A program made the translations under genes and the position numbers. A stretch of 64,000 nt of DNA from NCBI GenBank assembly GCA_964016885.1, contig OZ024761.1, positions 21,204,001-21,268,000 on the forward strand. The letters are read 5' to 3'. The notes beneath the pieces were generated by a model that ran no database searches, had not been told where the DNA came from, and saw nothing but the letters and a program-made list of their open reading frames with translations. Shown piece after piece: positions 55,917-64,000 of the stretch; within the stretch, counting starts at the first letter, position 1; each line of letters starts with the position of its first letter. Origin of the DNA: Eledone cirrhosa. Taxonomy: Eukaryota.

Positions 55917-56615
55917 CTCTCTATATATATCCCTTTCTCTCATTCTCCACTCCCTCACCCTCTCACTCTACCCCCCACCCCCCACTGCTGCTGCTGCTGT
56001 TACCTTCTTCAGATTGACAGGAAAGCCATGACATTACCTCCGGGATTAAGGTCTAAGTGCCCCCCTCCAGCGCCTGTATTAAGTGTTTGTCAAAAATATA
56101 AAATATATTTTCGAGTGTTTTAGACTGGAATCTAGATAAGTTAGATATACTTTGGCATTTTGGGGGGTTTTTTGTTAAATTTCATAAAATAAAGTTTCAT
56201 AGGGTTTTTTGGGGTGGTGGAGGTTGTTGAGGTGATGGGGGTTTTGAAGGGTGGTTTTTTTTTTCCATGATATGGTAGAAGACAAATTTTTCCTGTTTTG
56301 TGATAATAACTGAAAAATAGGATTAAATATACTTCATTTTTTTTTTTTAACCCTTTAGCATTTAAACTGACCGTATCTGACCAGAATTCTCTCACCTCTT
56401 TCTGTTCAAACCGGCTGTAACTGGCCACTCATACTGATGTTAAGGTATTCTTCTCAACATAGATATTATCAAAATCTCTTAGATTCAATATTTTGTGAGA
56501 TAATTCTATGTTAAATTTGATGTTTATACTCTACTAATGTATTGAGTACCTTACTTACTGTGGTTACTCCTGATTGAACCTGGGACTCACACACACATAC
56601 ACACACACACACACA

Positions 56616-57131
56616 TCATCATCATCATCATCATCATCATCACCGTTTTACGTCCGTTCTTCCACGCTAGCATGGGTTAGACGGGTTGTCCTGTTGTGGG
56701 CAGTGTCTGGTCGGCTGACCATGCCTTGCTCATACAGGAACTGATCTGGCTTGATTTCTACAGCTGGATGCCCTTCCTAACACCAACCTCATTTACAGTG
56801 AGTGCTGGGTGCTTTTTCGTGGCGCCTACACGTCCACTTTACAGTGTGGGCTGGGTGCTTTTTTGCCGTGGCACCTCCACGACCACCTTGCGGTGGGGGG
56901 GGGGGGGGGGGCATATTGTTTATATGCTTCAGCATGTACCCATGGGAGGTCGGGTACCCTGTATTACTGCGTGACGCCAGAAGTCACGGTCGTGTGTCAT
57001 TGACTTTGAGAGGTGTAGTTGGGTAAGGTCGGCTTTTATCACCTCATCCCAAGTCATCTTGGGTCTCCCCACTCCGCGGTTTCCATCAACTTCTAGTGCT
57101 CTGCACCTTTTTATGCAGCTGTCATCCTTCA
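56616..57131 (-). mobile_element. RTE LINE 3' end
   Basis: LEVDGNRGVGRPKMTWDEVIKADL..DRDFWR plus the typical tail and (ATG)n. Confidence 0.85.
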
Positions 57132-57403
57132 TATATATATATATATAGTTTCAAAAAAAGCCCACATGACTAAGTCTTTAGAATATGACTTCAAAATAGG
57201 GGGCTCACAGGAGAAAGACAATGGAATAAATAACAGAAAGACTCACACTCCTATCTCCTCAGCCAACCTCTGAAAGTCACTACAGTTTCAGTACATTATT
57301 GTTGATACCATTCATACCAGTGTACACAGGGACATATCAAAACATGTAGAGACAAGTTATGCTTTTAGGGGAATAGAAATGAAAATGTATCCCTAGTATA
57401 TAT

Positions 57404-57797
57404 ATGCGACGGCTGGAGAGAAATGAAGCAAGCATGCTCCGTTGGATGTGCAATGTCAATGTACGTGAACGACCCAGAATGGATGAGTTGAGAGAGAAAC
57501 TATGTATAAGAGTGATAAGTTGTAGTGTGCAGGAGAGAAGACTGAGATGGTATGGACATGTGATGCGCATGGAGGATGACCGCTGAGTAAAGAAGTGCCA
57601 AGAAATCCCGGTAGAAGGAAGACTCAGTAGAGGAAGACCCCGAAAAACATGGGCGGAGGTGGCGAGAGCAGACCTCCGATCGCTGAAACTCACGGAGGAG
57701 ATGACGAAGGACCGTGACAAGTGGAGAGATGCTGTGCTCAATAGGACCCGTCCCACCCTTGCAAGCAGGGAAAAGTGGACGTAAAATGATGATGATG
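57404..57797 (+). mobile_element. RTE LINE 3' end
   Basis: ERNEASMLRWMC..RRLRWYGHVMRM*..GRPRKTW..DRDKWR with an in-frame stop and an (ATG)n tail. Confidence 0.9.
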
Positions 57798-58131
57798 AGA
57801 TATATATATGTGTGTGTGTTATTGTATGTTGTTGTATGTCATTTATGAAAACATCACTCGAATGATTTGAAATTTTAAGTGAGGCCATCTAGTAAATTAA
57901 ACAGCCGAGAACATTCTTGTTCAACAATCTTTAGATAAACCTGAACAAGAGAAGAGAAAAAGAAGTTAAATAAGTGAAGGAAATAGAAATTAATCAATTT
58001 TAGCTCCTTCAGGTGACTTCCTTTGTAAATATTGGTGAGATTTTTAACATTTTTGATTCTATTTTCAAAAATTAGATATCAAACAATTCCGATGGATTTT
58101 GAAGCTGATTGGAGAGAAAGTTGAGAGAGAT

Positions 58132-58312
58132 ATGTTGACAACAGCTACACACCTGTGTGGTATTGTGTTGACAACAGCTACACACCTGTGTGGTATTGTG
58201 TTGACAACAGCTACACACCTGTGTGGTATTGTGTTGACAACAGCTACACACCTGTGTGGTATTGTGTTGACAACAGTTACACACCTGTGTGGTATTGTGT
58301 TGACAGCTACAC
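58132..58312. repeat. 33-bp minisatellite
   Basis: Unit TGTTGACAACAGCTACACACCTGTGTGGTATTG. Confidence 0.95.
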
Positions 58313-58723
58313 ATTTGAAATGAATGCAAGCAAGATTTCACAGCTCTAGCATCCTTCAAAGTCAGCCTAAACAACAACAGAAAAGCCAATGTCATTTTTG
58401 TTTAATTTTAAGATTTGAATCAATAATTTTTTGCTGTCTTACATGTGTGTGTGTGTGGGGGGGGGGGGGGGGTGCAGGGAGGGGGATGTAGCTTGACAGG
58501 TGTGGTGGGCAGGGATGCAGTATGGTGGAGATGAACAGATGACCCACTTCTGGAACATTCTGTTGATTGTTGTAGAAGAAGGAAGCTTGTCATTAGTGGA
58601 ATACCTCCAGTGACCAACTTTTGTCTGGGGGGGGTTAGAGACATTGGGTGGGGTGTGAAGAATCATTGTGTGTAGAGACATTCTCTTCATTCTCTGTTGA
58701 TTGCTGAAGGAAGCTTGTGATCT

Positions 58724-58836
58724 GTGGCCACCACCTCAGGTCCACTCCATCCGTGGCCACCACCTCAGGTTCACTCCATCCGTGGCCACCACCTCAGGTT
58801 CACTCCATCCGTGGCCACCACCGCAGGTCCACTCCA
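58724..58836. repeat. 29-bp minisatellite
   Basis: Unit GTGGCCACCACCTCAGGTTCACTCCATCC. Confidence 0.9.
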
Positions 58837-60236
58837 CTTGTGCCCACCCCTGCACAGACAATGCCATATACCTCATCCTAATATCTTCTCCACGCCAACT
58901 AAACCATCAAGCCGTAACTTATTGATTTGTATTTCAATTACTCCATCTCAGTTTAATTAGATTTAACTATCAACTTGACATTTCTCATTAACCTCGTTAA
59001 CAATCATCACCGCCATCTTTCTTTGATTTTTCTGTCTTTTATTGTGTGTTTATGTTGTTTAGTTGTTTTGGTCTCTTCTCTTGTAATATCCAAAGTTAAA
59101 CCAAAAGACAACACTCCATGTCTCTCTTTTATTTGATGTTCTTTAATCATACAAAGTAAGATGGTTGCTGCTAGGAAGGTCCTCCACCTTTAACCCTTTA
59201 CCATTTACATTACTCTATATATACTATTGTATTTTCACAGTAAAGGCTTTACCTCACATAATACCTCACATAACATTTACATTACTCTATATATACTATT
59301 GTATTTTCACAGTAAAGGCTTTACCTCACATAATATCTCACATAACATTTACATTACTCTATATATAGTATTGTATTTTCACAGTAAAGGCTTTACCTCA
59401 CATAATATTTACATTACTCTATATATACTATTGTATTTTCACAGTAAAGGCTTTACCTCACATAATACCTCACATAACATTTACATTACTCTATATATAC
59501 TATTGTATTTTCACAGTAAAGGCTTTACCTCACATAATATCTCACATAACATTTACATTACTCTATATATAGTATTGTATTTTCACAGTAAAGGCTTTAC
59601 CTCACATAATATCTCACATAACATTTACATTACTCTATATATACTATTGTATTTTCATGGTAAAGGCTTTACCTCACATAATATCTCACATAACATTTAC
59701 ATTACTCTATATATACTATTGTATTTTCATGGTAAAGGCTTTACCTCACATAATATCTCACATGGTGGTATGATGGTGGTAATAGTGGTAGTGGTGGTGG
59801 TGTTAGTGTGATGAACATGGTGGTGGTGGTAGTGGTGGTGTTAAAGGCCTATATATGGAAGTGATTGTTGTAGTGTCCAGTTTTGTTCCTATCTACTTAC
59901 CTGTGATAAACGACCAGGTAATTGAACAGTTTCTAAATATAGACCACTTCACTTTTTACCATATATGTATGTATGTATGTATGTGTGTGTGTATATGTGT
60001 ATACATTATGGAATATATATATATATTGGATAGTGTGTGAGATCCTTGGTATATTTGAAAAAAGGAAAACAATGACTTCAATTGTAGTTCTAAACAATTT
60101 AATTTAATTTTATATTATAATATAAAATTAAATCAAATTGTTTAGAACTACAATTGAAGTCATTGTTTTCCTTTTTTCAAATATATATATATATATATAT
60201 TCCATAATGTATACACATACACACATACATACGCAT

Positions 60237-60274
<38 letters not shown>

Positions 60275-60405
60275 GCAAAAGTTCTATTTAAATTGTTGGG
60301 ATACAACAAGCAAATATTTTTATAACTGATATAAAGCACTCAACAAGTATTTGGAGTAAACATACGATATTAACAAATGGAAACTATATTTATAAAACCA
60401 TATCT

Positions 60406-60468
60406 ATTTTATTATACATATTTCAAGGACACCAAGTTAAATTATGGTATGCTTTCATCAGACAAAAT
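60406..60468 (-). ncRNA. Hammerhead motif, family B copy
   Basis: Core CTGATGA/GAAA/UA intact, stem II with a U-G wobble, stem I ATTTTGT/ATAAAAT. Confidence 0.7.
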
Positions 60469-60554
60469 ATAATATATACCAGAGTCTTCCAAAAGTAATG
60501 GTTGCATTTTGTAAGGGTATGTCAATATTTATTTATAAAACTGGTATATATTGT

Positions 60555-60617
60555 ATTTTGTCTGATGAAAGCACACCATAATTTAACATGGTATCCTTGA
60601 AATATGTATAATAAAAT
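60555..60617 (+). ncRNA. Hammerhead motif, family B copy (inverted partner)
   Basis: ATTTTGT-CTGATGA-AAGCACACCAT(aatttaac)ATGGTATCCTT-GAAA-TATGTATA-ATAAAAT. Confidence 0.65.
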
Positions 60618-60826
60618 AGATATGGTTTTATAAATATAGTTTCCATTTGTTAATATCGTATATATATATATATATTCCATAATGTATACACATATACACA
60701 CACACATACATACACACATATATATATATATATATATAGTGGTAGAACACTGGAAGGTAATATCCGTAGTGGTAGAACACTCAGTCCATGGGACGAGTTA
60801 GGTAGAAGTAGTAACCCAACAGTTCA

Positions 60827-60876
60827 CCATACCGAGAACAATTGTTTCACCTTAGCGGATCCTCAGCTTGTAATGG
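60827..60876 (-). ncRNA. Minimal hammerhead motif with U.U-closed 2-bp stem II
   Basis: CCATTACAAG-CTGAGGA-TCC(gctaa)GGT-GAAAC-AATT-GTT-CTCGGTATGG, with palindromic stem III AACAATTGTT. Confidence 0.6.
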
Positions 60877-60906
60877 GAATGGTATAACTAACTGTTGTGT
60901 AACCTC

Positions 60907-60989
<83 letters not shown>

Positions 60990-62261
60990 AACACATTCAC
61001 ACACTTCTCCATTGTGCGGTATAAGCAAGATGTGGTCACCTGACCTAGCATATCCCACAACAGGACAACTCGTCTAACCCATGCAGGCGTGGATAAATGG
61101 ACATAAAACGGTGATGATGATGATATATGTCTTTGTCCGACACCAAAACCCCTTTGACAATGTCAGTATTATAGGAGGGAGGTGGATTGGTAGAGCGTCG
61201 GACACCATGCTTTGCAGCATAGAGTTACGGCCCTTTTCAGTCTGAGTTCAAATCCCGCTGAGGTTAACTTTGCCTTTCATCCCTACAGGGTAGATGAATT
61301 AAAGTATCAGTAACATACTGGGAACGATTTAATTAACTTTCCCCTCCACAAAATTACTGGCCTTGTGCCTATACTAGAAATCATTATGTACCAGTAATGC
61401 ACTGGGTAATTGCTGGCCTTGTGCCTAAAGTAGAAACAATTATTATTATTATTATTTAGATTTGGCAGTCTCGGTAGAGGGTCGGATGCCATGCTTTGCA
61501 GCATCGTGTTACGGCCCTTTACGGTCTGAGTTCAAATCCCACCGAGGTTAACTTTGCCTTTCACCGTTACGGGGGTCGATAAAATAAAGAGTACCAGTAA
61601 TACACTGGGGTAATTGCTGGCCTTGTTCTAAGAATAGAAACAATTATCATAGGAGAAGCTTTACTTTAGAGTTGTTTGTGAAAACCGTGAGACAAGAGCT
61701 GAAGTTGTCAGTGAATCTGTTGTAGAAACTCGCCATTGTTGGTTGTGGACCAGGCTTCTTGTTGTTGGCTTTGTTAACTTTACTTAAATGTCATTGCTGT
61801 CATTTAACTTATACCAGCTTCCTGTGTGTATTTGCAATACCACCGCTGTCTCAGTTGCAGAATGTTGCTGCAACTGAGGCAGCAATCTGCACTTGTTTGT
61901 TTGTTTGTTTGTGTTTTTTTTTTTATTTATTTTAATTTTATTTTACTATATTTATCTAAAAGAAAGGTGACAGGATGTTGGATTAAATACAGGGTGACCA
62001 CAAAAACACTCCTTCATTTCAAATACTTATAATATGACAACTTAAATGAATATTCTTACAATATTGGTGGCTACAGTTGTGTAAACTAACAAAGTTCCTG
62101 TATGAGCAAGGCATGGTCACCTGACCTGGCATTGTCCACAACAGGACAACCCGTCTAACCCATGCTAGCATGGAAGAACGGACGTAAAACGGTGATGATG
62201 ATATGTATACACACACACGCGCATATATACATACATATATATACACACACACTCACATCTG

Positions 62262-62293
<32 letters not shown>

Positions 62294-62318
62294 TATATAT
62301 ACACACACATATATATAT

Positions 62319-62349
<31 letters not shown>

Positions 62350-62751
62350 ATGTAGGAGGTGAGTTTTATTGTAGCACAATAAAGCAATGCAAATATTGGA
62401 TATCCTTTTTCTTCATGCATAAACCTCATTAACTTTTAATTTCAAAATCTTTTAAATTATCTATTATCTTCCAACGGCTTTTTAACTTCTCTCTGTGAGA
62501 CAATATATATTTTTTTCTCAGTTGTAAAGGCTACCTCCCTCTCTCTCTCTCTATCACCCATCTCTCCTCCTCTCTCATCCTTCCTTCTTATACTCCTCCC
62601 CCACCATCCTTTACTCTCATCTCCTTCTCTTCCTTACCTTTTCCAACTCACTTTCTCCCAATCTCAGACATCAATCTTAATTTATTTTTCATATGTTGAT
62701 TTAAAACTTCACTATTCACAAGTGTTTTTTAAGCTTCATATCATGTCTCCC

Positions 62752-62822
62752 TATTTTATCTGATGAGAACGCAGATATCATCCCATGATGATATTTGTTT
62801 TTGAAATGCGCATAATAAAATA
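62752..62822 (+). ncRNA. Type I hammerhead ribozyme with long stem II
   Basis: TATTTTAT-CTGATGA-GAACGCAGATATCATC(ccat)GATGATATTTGTTTTT-GAAA-TGCGCA-TA-ATAAAATA. Stem I is 8 bp and stem III is the palindrome ATGCGCAT. Confidence 0.85.
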
Positions 62823-62852
62823 CTTGGAACTCTTTTAACCATCTTTTGATCG

Positions 62853-62897
<45 letters not shown>

Positions 62898-62898
<1 letters not shown>

Positions 62899-63215
62899 CT
62901 TTTGGTATAACTTGGTCTAGGATCTTTTTACTGATTCTCCCTATGTCTGACTTCGTTGGGTTTATAAGCCTAATGGATGGTTTGTGGTCCTTCAGTGTGA
63001 AGTAGGGAGTCCGTGGGTCTAGGGGTTCTGTGCTGTCGGCGACCCCGAGGCTGGAGATAATTTGTTGTCCATCTAGATAGATGTCCTCGATAATTGAGTG
63101 GTTAGCCTTTTTATAAGTGGAGTTTAGGCTGGTCAGCACCCAGGAAGTAATCTCATGGTTCAGGAATATGGAGGACAAACGAGACACAAAATTCATCCAG
63201 TTTGACATAGACAGT
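62898..63215 (-). mobile_element. Penelope-like element reverse transcriptase fragment
   Basis: The translation PYFTLKDHKPSIRLINPTKSDIGRISKKILD resembles the recalled invertebrate PLE RT motif (F/I)TLKDHK...RLINP.KS.(I/L)G.ISK. Flanked by (TA)n on both sides. Confidence 0.65.
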
Positions 63216-63266
<51 letters not shown>

Positions 63267-63599
63267 ATATCAATGTTTCTGTTTTAATTAGTTTTCTCTT
63301 ATTTCTATGTCTTTATTGCAGGAAATTAGGATTGTTTTCCTCTGAAATATTACAGGAATTTTAATTTGGTTTTATTGTTTTGTCACAATAAGGAAGATAT
63401 GTTCTCTGTCTATCTCTCTCCTTCTTTCTTTCTTTCTCTCTCTTTCTTTCCCCTCTTTCTATCTCTCTTGCTCTCTCTCTTTCTTTATCTCTCTCTCTCT
63501 CTCTCTCTCTTTCTCTTCTCTTTTCTATTTAACTCTCTCTTCCACCTCTCTCTCTCCCTCTCTCATATATTAATGTCTGTATTCTCTTCTCTCCCTCAG

Positions 63600-63688
63600 T
63601 TTCAGTGAGAACTATTTCACTGTCAAAGGTGCTGCTCTTATATTACCTCAAAGTGAATGTGCCCAAAGACCATCCCAGAGCAATGGTG
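63600..63688 (+). CDS. SSH: Slingshot coding exon 3 (SFSENYFTVKGAALILPQSECAQRPSQSNG)
   Basis: Acceptor ctccctcag|T completes the AG+T Ser codon. The motif matches SSH-N 'SLSESFFMVKGAALFL'. Phase-1 donor G|GTGAGT. Confidence 0.93.
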
Positions 63689-64000
63689 GTGAGTGTTCCT
63701 GCCCTATTATTCCTCGTTATTAAACAGTTGTGGATTGTGTTGTGTTGTGTTGTGGTGTTTTTATTGAGCCTTCCCCCTCCTTTCTGCAAACTGAGAACAA
63801 ATCCCAGGGTCAAACTTTACTTTTCAGCCTTAAAGGAACAGTCAAGTATTGAGCTTCATTCTTCTCTCTCTCTCTCTCTCTCTCTGTTATGTCTTCTTTC
63901 CTCTTTCTCCCTGTCTCATTCTCTCTACCTCTCTCCCCCTCCCTCATTCTCTCCATCTGCCTCTCTCTCCCTCTCCCTGCCTCACTCTTTCTCATTTTCT

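Overview
AT-rich, microsatellite-saturated eukaryotic genomic DNA. The SINE and RTE repertoire points to an octopod cephalopod (inferred from recalled repeat consensuses). Nearly all ORFs in the supplied track are microsatellite artefacts. Two real genes lie head-to-head. The first is an EFCAB5-like coding exon on the minus strand (about 1090-1559). The second is a Slingshot (SSH) cofilin phosphatase on the plus strand, whose first three coding exons (16513-16566, 41858-41895, 63600-63688) splice in frame across introns of about 25 kb and 22 kb. A candidate shared promoter sits near 14.8 kb, and this pair mirrors the human SSH2/EFCAB5 arrangement. The introns hold tRNA-SINEs, RTE, CR1 and L1/Tx1-like LINE ends, mariner, pogo and piggyBac MITEs, a Helitron end and several minisatellites. 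The most striking signal is a set of short (TA)n-embedded Penelope-like or retrozyme-like elements carrying minimal type I hammerhead ribozymes. About ten motifs are complete or nearly complete and come from several unrelated families. They include a tandem pair with stem covariation (53.6-53.9 kb) and a well-formed motif in sense orientation in the SSH pre-mRNA, next to a Penelope-like RT fragment (62.75 kb). All RNA folds were paired by eye and none was tested computationally.
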